Source: Candidatus Heimdallarchaeota archaeon
GTDB taxonomy: Archaea > Asgardarchaeota > Heimdallarchaeia > Hodarchaeales > Hodarchaeaceae
Direction: 5' to 3'
NCBI GenBank assembly: GCA_019057635.1
Contig: DXJL01000066.1
Location: 7,541-71,540 of the forward strand
Length of the DNA: 64,000 nucleotides
Part shown: positions 19,010 through 27,333 of the stretch, piece by piece
Numbering within the stretch: the first letter of the stretch is position 1
How the letters are laid out: every line of letters starts with the position of its first letter
Position numbers and translations under genes: made by a program
The notes under the pieces: generated by a model
What the model was told of the DNA's origin: nothing
The model's database searches: none
The model's input: the letters and a program-made list of their open reading frames with translations, nothing else

Positions 19010-20968
19010 TTGAAAATTCCATTCTTGGGTAAAGTACGACTTCATTGGTGCGATATATGCCAGGTTCCTTTGATACGTAAACAGTGTAGTAGCTGTGGAA
19101 AGTCTGGGCGTAAGATCCCAGTAACACCTCCAGGAGATATTCGTCCTGCATTCGAGGGGGATTTGTTACAATTAATTAAAGCTGTGGAAGACCAATATGG
19201 AGTAGAATCGGCCAAGATTTTTCAAAATATGATTAAAAATCAAATTCTTCTTCTAAACAAAGTGCCTTATGTTGATAGAATGGATGAAATTTATTATCTT
19301 GGGGGAGTAATCGGATTACTTCGATTTAATCCACTTAAAGAGAACTTTGAACTGGTACCAAAGCTTACTCTGGCCCGAAAACTTTGGCATAGTGACGCAT
19401 CCAATTGGGTCGAGGTAGATATCGGAGCAAAAGAGCCAATTATAAAAGGAGCTTCAGTCCTTGCACCAGGTATATTAGGAGTGCATGGAAATATTAATTT
19501 AAATGATCCTACAATAATTGTTTGTCAACATGAGGTCATTGCTGTCGGTTTAGCAAAGATGGATAGAGAAACTATGCTTAACTCCCCTCGTGGTGTTGCA
19601 ATAAAGACTAAATATAGAAAAAAATCACTTTTGGTTGAGCCAATATCGCATTCTTCATGGGAAAAAATAATTAAAGCCAATCGTCAATCATTAGCATACA
19701 TTGAAGACGAAGCGATAAACTTCATTGAAAAGACAGCTCAGGATTTCGACAACATCGTCGTGGCCTATTCGGGAGGTAAAGATTCTCTTGCGACTCTAAA
19801 CCTTGTTGCCCAATCTGATGTTCCCTATGAGATAATTTTTGCAGATACAGGATTAGAATATCCCGAAACACTCGAGAATGTTAAATTAATTTCGAAAACT
19901 TATGGACGGAAAGTACTGGTTGATGAAAATGAATCTTATGATTTTTGGGAGCGATTTGAACAGTTTGGTCCTCCGACTAGAAACTCACGCTGGTGTTGTA
20001 AATCGTCCAAACTTGCTCCTATAAATTCAATATTAGAAAAAAACTTTCCCCATGATGATCAAGTCTTAACTTTTTTGGGAAAACGTCGGTATGAGTCGTT
20101 TGGGCGCTCCCAAGAACCACGTGTCTCTCAAAATCCTTGGATACCTAAACAAGTCTCCGCTTCCCCGATTAACAATTGGAGTGCTTTTGAGGTTTATTTG
20201 TATATTGAAGCTCGGCGTTTAATGGGGCTTCTCAATCCACTATATACTAAGGGTTTTATCCGAATCGGCTGTTGGGTCTGTCCAGCTGCCTCGCTTGCTG
20301 ATTTTTCTATAATGAAAGAGACTCATCCTATTCTGCTTGAACAATTAACCCAAAGATTATCAAGTATTAAATCAGTAAATAATTTTCCAAAACAATACAT
20401 ATCCTGGGGTCTCTGGAGATGGAAAATTCTTCCAGCAAAAATTTTGAAACTCCTTCAAAGAAATAATATTAAATACAAAATTAAGAATTCCTCGTCAGAG
20501 CCTAGCTCACAACTCCAGTTTTCTATAACTCGTTCTCCTTCTCCTTGTGTTTTGGGAGGTTTTTCCAGCTATATTTCAGCGAACCAATTGCTTGAATTGG
20601 AATTAATTAACCGATTGCTTCCAATCGTTGGAGAAACACAACTTAATGAAGAATTGGATCTCCTTCACAGCACCGATTCCAGAGGAAACAGAACCGATGT
20701 TTTTCGGGATGGATCAGTCATTATTAGAGATAATTTCAAGGCTTCTATAGATGCTAAAGCAATAGATTTTATAAAAACTATATTTCGTGTTACATATTGT
20801 GATGGATGCGGTGTTTGCATTTATAATTGTGAGGAAGATGCGTTATTTCTTAGAAATGGGAAGATTAAGGTCGATACTTCAAAATGTATTCACTGTATGA
20901 GATGTAACAGTTTTTGTCCTTTGTTAAGATATCGTAGTGATGCTAGTTATATAATTGAAGATGTGTGA
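19010..20968 (+). CDS. Multi-domain protein: Zn ribbon, PUA-like, PP-loop ATP pyrophosphatase (PAPS-reductase family), C-terminal 2x[4Fe-4S]
   Basis: CDICQ...CSSCG; PP-loop VAYSGGKDS; C-terminal CDGCGVCIYNCE and CIHCMRCNSFCP. TTG start. Confidence 0.7.
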   Translation: MKIPFLGKVRLHWCDICQVPLIRKQCSSCGKSGRKIPVTPPGDIRPAFEGDLLQLIKAVEDQYGVESAKIFQNMIKNQILLLNKVPYVDRMDEIYYLGGVIGLLRFNPLKENFELVPKLTLARKLWHSDASNWVEVDIGAKEPIIKGASVLAPGILGVHGNINLNDPTIIVCQHEVIAVGLAKMDRETMLNSPRGVAIKTKYRKKSLLVEPISHSSWEKIIKANRQSLAYIEDEAINFIEKTAQDFDNIVVAYSGGKDSLATLNLVAQSDVPYEIIFADTGLEYPETLENVKLISKTYGRKVLVDENESYDFWERFEQFGPPTRNSRWCCKSSKLAPINSILEKNFPHDDQVLTFLGKRRYESFGRSQEPRVSQNPWIPKQVSASPINNWSAFEVYLYIEARRLMGLLNPLYTKGFIRIGCWVCPAASLADFSIMKETHPILLEQLTQRLSSIKSVNNFPKQYISWGLWRWKILPAKILKLLQRNNIKYKIKNSSSEPSSQLQFSITRSPSPCVLGGFSSYISANQLLELELINRLLPIVGETQLNEELDLLHSTDSRGNRTDVFRDGSVIIRDNFKASIDAKAIDFIKTIFRVTYCDGCGVCIYNCEEDALFLRNGKIKVDTSKCIHCMRCNSFCPLLRYRSDASYIIEDV

Positions 20969-21068
20969 TATTATTTTAGAATCAAATTCAGTTGAATTCT
21001 CTTAGTAGAAAAACAAAAAACCCCGCTTTAAAAAGTCCCCTTGAATTGTTTTTAGAGGTTTAATACAT

Positions 21069-21611
21069 TTGACTGGGCGTAAAGATCGAGTTATTGATGG
21101 TGCAAAGTCCATTCTATTAACTAGAGGTTTTGAAGTAACTTCTGAAGTTGAGAATGAAGAATACCATGATATTTTTGGCAAAAATTCTGAAGGCCAGACG
21201 ATTATGGTGCGAATTCCAGAAAAAGAAGTCGTCGGTGTTCGTGAATTAAGGGATTATAAGGAAGAAATTGAGGAGAAGGGGTATAATTACGCCTTGCTGC
21301 TTGCATTAAATAAATACACTCATTATGCAAAAAGAGAAGCCAAAGCAGCAGATATCGAAACTTTTTCGATAAAATTTCCTTTCTTCAATCTTTTTAAACA
21401 TTATCTCGTTCCCGTTCATGAATTTGCTACTGAATCGGAAGTTCAAGAATTAGAGAAAAAATATTCAATATTTACCTATCAACTTCCCAAAATTTCAGCT
21501 GAAGATCCTGCAGTTCAACTTTTAGGCGCAAAAGTTGGCGATGTATTAAAAATCAAAAGAAATAGTCCAACAGCTGGAGAATTCTTGGTCTATCGAACTG
21601 TAGTTCCATAA
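21069..21611 (+). CDS. rpoH: RNA polymerase subunit H, full-length Rpb5-like (N-terminal jaw-type domain plus RpoH domain)
   Basis: C-terminus HYLVPVHEF...YQLPKISAEDPAVQLLGAKVGDVLKIKRNSPTAGEFLVYRTVV is a canonical RpoH/Rpb5 C-domain. It is preceded by about 100 aa that line up with the eukaryotic Rpb5 N-domain. TTG start. Confidence 0.85.
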   Translation: MTGRKDRVIDGAKSILLTRGFEVTSEVENEEYHDIFGKNSEGQTIMVRIPEKEVVGVRELRDYKEEIEEKGYNYALLLALNKYTHYAKREAKAADIETFSIKFPFFNLFKHYLVPVHEFATESEVQELEKKYSIFTYQLPKISAEDPAVQLLGAKVGDVLKIKRNSPTAGEFLVYRTVVP

Positions 21612-21788
21612 GTGAACCGCTGATCTCTCCGCGGATGAAAGATTAACATGACCGATAACATAAAAAAGTCAATAAAGAGGGTTCAAAGTGACCTCAAACA
21701 TCTTTAGAATCGCTCTAGAAGCATAAACTCCGTCAAGAGATACGTTGAATCGTTGAATTAAAATAATCCATCATTAGAGGAATAAACA

Positions 21789-23087
21789 TTGAAAAAACTG
21801 AAAAAAACTTACGTCTTATTTATGTTTGTCATATTTCTAACTACGGTCACAATAGAGGATAACAACTCAGCCTCAATGATTGTCATGGGAGCGGGAGCCC
21901 CAATTCTCGAATCAGATATCGTGATCGGTATAGATATGGCACATAACAACAATATTTCTGAAAGCCAGCTAAGTAACCTTACGACATTACTAAATGGGAT
22001 ATTTAGTCCAACTCAAGATGTTCAGTTTCTCAGTGAGAATGTAAATGAGGAAGCTCTAACCTCAATCGATGTCCTCCTCGTTTTGGCTCCAACTTCATCT
22101 TATACTGATTCAGAAATTCAGGATGTCGAGGAATTCATTAAAGATGGAAACTCAATGCTTGTTGCCACAGGTTATATGAATCAAACTACTGTGGAATCCA
22201 ATGATATCCTAGATAGATTTGGACTTTCATTTAATCTCTCTAGCTCTCTTATACCAGCTGAAGTGAGAGATAACAGAGATATTGTTATACCCTATGAATA
22301 TTTAGCACGTAATTTCACTACTCCTATAACACCTATTACGGAAAACATTTCACAAGTAAATCTTCCTAATGCACTTGGTATATCTTTCAATACATCAAAA
22401 TTGGAAACATATGTTTCTCCCTCAATTACTTACTTTAATCCTCTCCTATTGAAGGACTCTACAAAAGAACCGTCAGAAAATAATACTTTGGCATCTACCT
22501 TGGAGTTCGAGAATGGCGGTCGAATATTTACAATTGGTTCCGTTGATATGTTTAACGATACGTATATTGAGCCACTAGATAATTCAACAAGTGTTTTTAT
22601 TGATAATTCTGATTTAATTATAAATTCGATTAGATGGCTTGGCCGTAACACAGGAATTATGAGTTTTTATAATCCTTGGACTGATCGAGAAGGACTATCT
22701 GTTAATTTAGGAGTGACAATAAGCGGAAACGTTACCTTAGTGAATTCTCAAAATCAGAGCTTATCTCAAACTCAAATATTCATCGCCTTAGAACGGACGG
22801 GATCGATTCTGACTAAAAGGATAATGAATGTTGACCCATTAAACTCAACCAAATTCTTTGGAACTATTGATACCGAAGGATTGAGCAGTGGAAGCTGTGA
22901 CATTATTTTCATTGCTAATCGCATTGGCTATCTCCCAATTCAAGTTTTTGCGGGTAGAATTTATCTAAAAAGTCCCTTTCCCTCTCCAATTCTTCCAAAT
23001 TTGGCCCAATGGGGACTATTAATTGCAGTCGTTATTCTGTTTGTATCAACTGCTTTTCTTATTCGAATGAATCTAAAGGAAGTATAA
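21789..23087 (+). CDS. Exported, C-terminally TM-anchored, sequon-rich protein; function unknown
   Basis: N-terminal signal/TM (YVLFMFVIFLTTVTI) and C-terminal TM (WGLLIAVVILFVSTAFLI). At least a dozen N-x-S/T sequons by hand count. Confidence 0.6.
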   Translation: MKKLKKTYVLFMFVIFLTTVTIEDNNSASMIVMGAGAPILESDIVIGIDMAHNNNISESQLSNLTTLLNGIFSPTQDVQFLSENVNEEALTSIDVLLVLAPTSSYTDSEIQDVEEFIKDGNSMLVATGYMNQTTVESNDILDRFGLSFNLSSSLIPAEVRDNRDIVIPYEYLARNFTTPITPITENISQVNLPNALGISFNTSKLETYVSPSITYFNPLLLKDSTKEPSENNTLASTLEFENGGRIFTIGSVDMFNDTYIEPLDNSTSVFIDNSDLIINSIRWLGRNTGIMSFYNPWTDREGLSVNLGVTISGNVTLVNSQNQSLSQTQIFIALERTGSILTKRIMNVDPLNSTKFFGTIDTEGLSSGSCDIIFIANRIGYLPIQVFAGRIYLKSPFPSPILPNLAQWGLLIAVVILFVSTAFLIRMNLKEV

Positions 23088-23107
23088 ATCTTCCTTATTT
23101 TTTTTAT

Positions 23108-23425
23108 CTATAGAATTAATGATTCTGCTGAGATCTCAAAAGATTCAGGTAATAATAACAGGTAATCTAAATTACCCAAATTCAAAATTTCATAGTTATA
23201 CTGGCGAATAAGGGCATTAAGAGATTGAAGGAATCGTTTTGCTTCTAATGATTTGGTGATACGAAATTCTCTAAAAAAAAGGACAGTAACATTTTGTTTC
23301 ATCATCTCTAGTTCAATTTCGTCACTATCTCGAATATCCTGAATGGAGATACATCGGACTCTCTGATATTTTCCTTTAAATTGCCGATGGAGATTATTCC
23401 GTATGTTAGATATAAAAGTGCTCAT
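23108..23425 (-). CDS. Hypothetical protein (105 aa)
   Basis: ORF only; no recognisable motif. Confidence 0.3.
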   Translation of the reverse strand: MSTFISNIRNNLHRQFKGKYQRVRCISIQDIRDSDEIELEMMKQNVTVLFFREFRITKSLEAKRFLQSLNALIRQYNYEILNLGNLDYLLLLPESFEISAESLIL

Positions 23426-23671
23426 TTTTTTTTCCCAATGGTTTGGGTTTAGGATTATATTGAATTAGAACTCGAAAGAGCTACTACATCATGTTCATAC
23501 TAAGGAGAAACTCGAGAAGATAAAACTCATCATAACATCTAGCTCATATATTATTATCGTGTGTCTTCTCCCGTCATTATTTCATCATTCTTTGAAACTT
23601 TCTTCATGAGAAATCAGAGTTCGAGGATAATTATGTAGTTATTAAAGTATTATCCTAAAAATAAAGTGAAA

Positions 23672-23817
23672 CGGGCCCGATGAGATTCGAACTCATGACC
23701 CCTGCGTATCTTCAAGACCATAATTAATGTGTCTTTCCGCAGCGCAGTACTCTGTCTAGCATTGCTGTGTTCACCATGGTACATCCAGCATTTAAATCCA
23801 GGCTAAGCCACGGGCCC
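23672..23817 (-). tRNA. tRNA-Arg(GCG) with two introns (D-loop and canonical 37/38)
   Basis: Acceptor GGGCCCG/CGGGCCC; T-arm ATGAG-TTCGAAT-CTCAT; anticodon arm CTGCG-CTGCGG[29-nt intron]A-CGCAG. D-arm GCTT-AGCCTGGA[42-nt insert]CA-GAGT forms only after removing the insert. Confidence 0.7.
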
Positions 23818-24135
23818 TTCTTGTGCATATTGATAGTATTCTACTTATGTAATTGAGCAAAATATTAGAATTTGAAATAGCTTTTGGATCTCAATCCTTT
23901 AAAGGGATAATATGTTTTCCACTGATATAAATTAGTTTTCAATTATTTCCTTAAGGATTCAAAGAATTATTTGATAATTAATCAATTTTTCTCGAATTAT
24001 CACTAATTACTGTCAATAAACTTCAGATTAATTCCTCAGGATTAAGTTTGAGTATTGAAACAAAAACAAATAAAAGATGAATTTTCCAATGAATTTTGTT
24101 AAGGAATAATTTTCGAATTATTGAGGTGAATTGAT

Positions 24136-24513
24136 ATGAAAACTCCCACTTTGTTAGGTACAATTATTTTTGGTTTTAGTATTCTGGTCACTGCTATTGC
24201 TGTATTTCGATTAGATTTTATCGTAACTGATGATGCTAGGACAGAGTATTTTGAGCTATTCTTTATATGGATTGCTGGTATTGTCGGTGGTTTAGGAATG
24301 GGTTATGGAAGTCGTGAGAGTTTTGGCTACAATGAAGGCAATAATGCAACAATAATCGGTGGATTGGGATTTATCGTTAGTGTAATTCTCGCAATCTGGA
24401 TGATGATTAATGATTCTCCTCCATTTGTAGGGATTGCTATTGCTTTTGTAGGTGCAATCTTAGCCCTTATTGGCTTATACATTGTCGTAGTGTCAACACA
24501 GGAGACTTATTAA
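24136..24513 (+). CDS. Small integral membrane protein (about 4 TM); function unknown
   Basis: Hydrophobic segments throughout. Confidence 0.45.
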   Translation: MKTPTLLGTIIFGFSILVTAIAVFRLDFIVTDDARTEYFELFFIWIAGIVGGLGMGYGSRESFGYNEGNNATIIGGLGFIVSVILAIWMMINDSPPFVGIAIAFVGAILALIGLYIVVVSTQETY

Positions 24514-24599
24514 GTTTCTCTCGATATAAAATCCTTTTTTCACGTATTAGGTCAAGTGAAATTTGAATAGAATTTTATAATAAGAGACTTACTATTTTT

Positions 24600-25922
24600 C
24601 TATCTCTTCTTTATAACATCAGTTATGATTTCCTTTAGGGAAGGTTGACCTTGTACTTCTAAATCATAAGTTACTCTTACGGATGGTTTTTTTATAGATA
24701 ACAATCTTCCTAAATCTATTGGTGTACCGATAACCACTGTCTCACAGTCAGATGCATTAATAGTATCTTCTAATTCTTTCATCTGTTTTTCACCATAGCC
24801 CATTGCAGGTAAAACATCTGATAAATGCTTATACTTTTGATAAGTGTTTTTAATGCTTCCAATTGCAAAAGGTCTTGGATCGATTATCTTTCTGGCTTTA
24901 TATTGCTTTGCTGCGATATGACCCGCTCCATATTTCATTTCACCATGTGTTAAGGTTGGGCCATCTTCGACAACTAACACTCGCTTGTTTAAGATAAGCT
25001 TTGGATCTTCTACAGTGATTGGTGAGTTCGCAATTAATATTTTCGCTTTTGGATTTAATTCCTTAATACTTTCCTTGAGTTTTGAAATGTTTCCAGGTGG
25101 TGCGGTTGCTGCTTTATTTATTATAACAACCTCAGCTCTCCGTACATTTACTTCACCTGGAAAATATGATCTCTCATGACCAAGACGATGAGGATCAGCA
25201 ATTGTTATTGTTAGGTCAGCTTCATAGAAACTCCAATCATTATTTCCTCCGTCAAATAGAATAACATCAGCTTCCTTTTCCGCTTCACGAAGAATTTCTT
25301 CAAAATCTACTCCAGCAAAAACAAGGTTTCCTTCATTAATATGAGGTTCATATTCCTCCATCTCCTCAATTGTGCATCCATGTTTTTTTAAATCCTCATA
25401 AGAGTCAAATCTTTGGCACCTCTGCTTCTCTAAATTCCCATAAGGCATCGGATGACGAATGACAGCGACTTTTTTACCTTGCTCTCGTAATATCTTTCCT
25501 ATTTTCCTAGTAGTCTGGCTCTTTCCTGATCCAGTTCGTACTGCAAGTACCGCAATTACAGGCAATTTAGACTTTATCATTGTATGTTTCGGACCTAAAA
25601 TTCGAAAATCTGCTCCATTTGCAAGAACTTTAGACGCTAAATTCATAACATATCCATAAGATAAGTCTGAATAAGCTAATATAACCTGTTCAATGTTGTG
25701 GGTTTTAATAAGATCATCAAATTCATCTTCTGGATATATAGGTATTCCTTCAGGATAAAGGCTACCTGATAGTGTAGGGGGGTATCTTCTATCTGATATA
25801 TCGGGTATCTGAGTAGCGGTGAAAGCAACGATTTCGTAATTTTCGTTATTTCGAAAGTATGTATTGAAGTTGTGGAAATCCCTTCCAGCAGCTCCTAGTA
25901 TTAGTGCTTTTATCCTTTTCAT
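24600..25922 (-). CDS. COG2403-type predicted P-loop NTPase (often annotated as cyclic 2,3-diphosphoglycerate synthetase-like)
   Basis: N-terminal ILGAAGRDFHNFN...VAFTATQIP block and P-loop RTGSGKSQT. Confidence 0.7.
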   Translation of the reverse strand: MKRIKALILGAAGRDFHNFNTYFRNNENYEIVAFTATQIPDISDRRYPPTLSGSLYPEGIPIYPEDEFDDLIKTHNIEQVILAYSDLSYGYVMNLASKVLANGADFRILGPKHTMIKSKLPVIAVLAVRTGSGKSQTTRKIGKILREQGKKVAVIRHPMPYGNLEKQRCQRFDSYEDLKKHGCTIEEMEEYEPHINEGNLVFAGVDFEEILREAEKEADVILFDGGNNDWSFYEADLTITIADPHRLGHERSYFPGEVNVRRAEVVIINKAATAPPGNISKLKESIKELNPKAKILIANSPITVEDPKLILNKRVLVVEDGPTLTHGEMKYGAGHIAAKQYKARKIIDPRPFAIGSIKNTYQKYKHLSDVLPAMGYGEKQMKELEDTINASDCETVVIGTPIDLGRLLSIKKPSVRVTYDLEVQGQPSLKEIITDVIKKR

Positions 25923-26287
25923 GGTAAACCTCTCTTTGATCTTGTTTGATAGGTGATTTTCAGCTCAGATTTTTAAAATATTCTCTCTTCAATGATATGA
26001 CTACAATATATTACCAAAGGGGAGGTTTAAGAGCCCCAATCAAATCTGTAAGTCATTAGAAACAATCCAGTCATTTTAAATTGGGACTCGATAAGAATTT
26101 TATGAAATGAAAGAAAATTACTTAAGAAATACATAGCATGGAATTAGAATTTTCATTGCCAGGACCCAATAAGCCATCCCAAATTTCTTCAATGCAAATT
26201 GTTCACTGTTTTGGTATTTTATTTTTGATGGAAAATACTAAATAACTCATGAAAAAACGTCTTTCTGCTTAGTTTGGTGAACACACA

Positions 26288-26605
26288 ATGAGTTCCGATT
26301 TTAAAGGCTGGTCTAACCTACCCAAATCAGTTAAACTGTTAGATATATCAATCATTAGTTACGGAATTTTACTTATCATTTCAATTTCATTATATTTTTT
26401 CTTTCTTGATCAAACTGTGCAGAATCTCATGCCAATATTTCTTGTGGCGATACTTCTGATATTTACATGGAATTTTCGTTCCCAGCTGCTCTCTCTATCA
26501 AAGCAGGAAGTCCAAAAGCGACATTTCCGTGAGTGGTTAATAATTTCTACAATTATAATTCTTCTTTTCGTACTACTCATACTCATTTATCCAGTAACTT
26601 ATTAG
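26288..26605 (+). CDS. Small membrane protein (3 TM); function unknown
   Basis: Hydrophobicity only. Confidence 0.4.
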   Translation: MSSDFKGWSNLPKSVKLLDISIISYGILLIISISLYFFFLDQTVQNLMPIFLVAILLIFTWNFRSQLLSLSKQEVQKRHFREWLIISTIIILLFVLLILIYPVTY

Positions 26606-26787
26606 TAGCATAATTCTTCCAGTCAATTGAATTTAAGACTCGCATATTTAATCTCTAGATGAGAATTCTTTCACTTATGATGAAGTTATCCCCGAAGGAG
26701 TTGTATTAACAACGATGAACTCAAGAAGAGCCGTCTGAAGTGATTATCATTGATTATGCTTTTTTTACTAAAGGAGTACGACTTATT

Positions 26788-27057
26788 ATGAAGATGGATT
26801 TAATGGATATACTAGCTTGCCCAATCTGCAAGAATGAAGAACTTAAGCTCATTATTATTGAAAAAGATAAAGAAGAAGTTGAAACAGGTCTGATTACTTG
26901 TAATAAATGTTCCAGATATTATCCTATCAAGAAAACCATACCAATCATGCTTCCTGATGATTTACGAGATATGGAAGAAGATAGAAATTTCTTGTTTACA
27001 AATAAAGAAAAGATTCCAGATGAGATATTAAAAAACGGAAAGCCTGTATCACTTTGA
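26788..27057 (+). CDS. trm112: Trm112-like zinc-ribbon methyltransferase activator
   Basis: ILACPICK...ITCNKCSRYYPIKKTIPIMLPDD is the Trm112/UPF0434 signature. ATG 26788 follows AAAGGAG. Confidence 0.85.
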   Translation: MKMDLMDILACPICKNEELKLIIIEKDKEEVETGLITCNKCSRYYPIKKTIPIMLPDDLRDMEEDRNFLFTNKEKIPDEILKNGKPVSL

Positions 27058-27099
27058 GGAACATGATTCTTTAGTTTAGGTCTTTTTTATTAGAATGCG

Positions 27100-27333
27100 T
27101 TATTGCCCTAGATCAGCGAAAATTTTTACAGCTTTGACAGGACATACGATTTCACAAGCACGACATTCAAAGCATTTCTCCGGAGAGATAATTTCGAGAA
27201 ATCCTTTTCCATCATTATTACTCTTTGGATTTGAGATGAGGATTTCTGCTGGACAGCTCTTAGTGCACTTCCAGCATAAAATACAAAGATCCCTATTTCT
27301 CTCGATCTTTGGGGGAATATTATCCTACCTCAT
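27100..27333 (-). CDS. 2x[4Fe-4S] ferredoxin ORF with in-frame TAG at codon 3 (or a non-canonical start)
   Basis: Hand translation gives M-R-TAG-DNIPPKIERNRDLCILCWKCTKSCP...EKCFECRACEIVCPVKAVKIFADLGQ*. Two complete CxxCxxCxxxCP motifs. Missing from the ORF track because no ATG/GTG/TTG follows the TAG. Confidence 0.7.

Noticed and set aside
23708-23736. Alternative reading of the first tRNA as tRNA-Ser(UGA), from a CTTGAAG loop
   Set aside because: That heptamer lies inside the proposed canonical intron, has no flanking 5-bp stem, and the gene has no long variable arm. The CTGCG/CGCAG stem with loop CTGCGGA gives a consistent tRNA-Arg(GCG).
24600-25922. Calling the 440-aa ORF a cyclic 2,3-diphosphoglycerate synthetase
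   Set aside because: The family (COG2403-type P-loop protein) is often annotated that way. I cannot support that specific activity from sequence, and cDPG is associated with hyperthermophilic methanogens. I kept the generic family call only.
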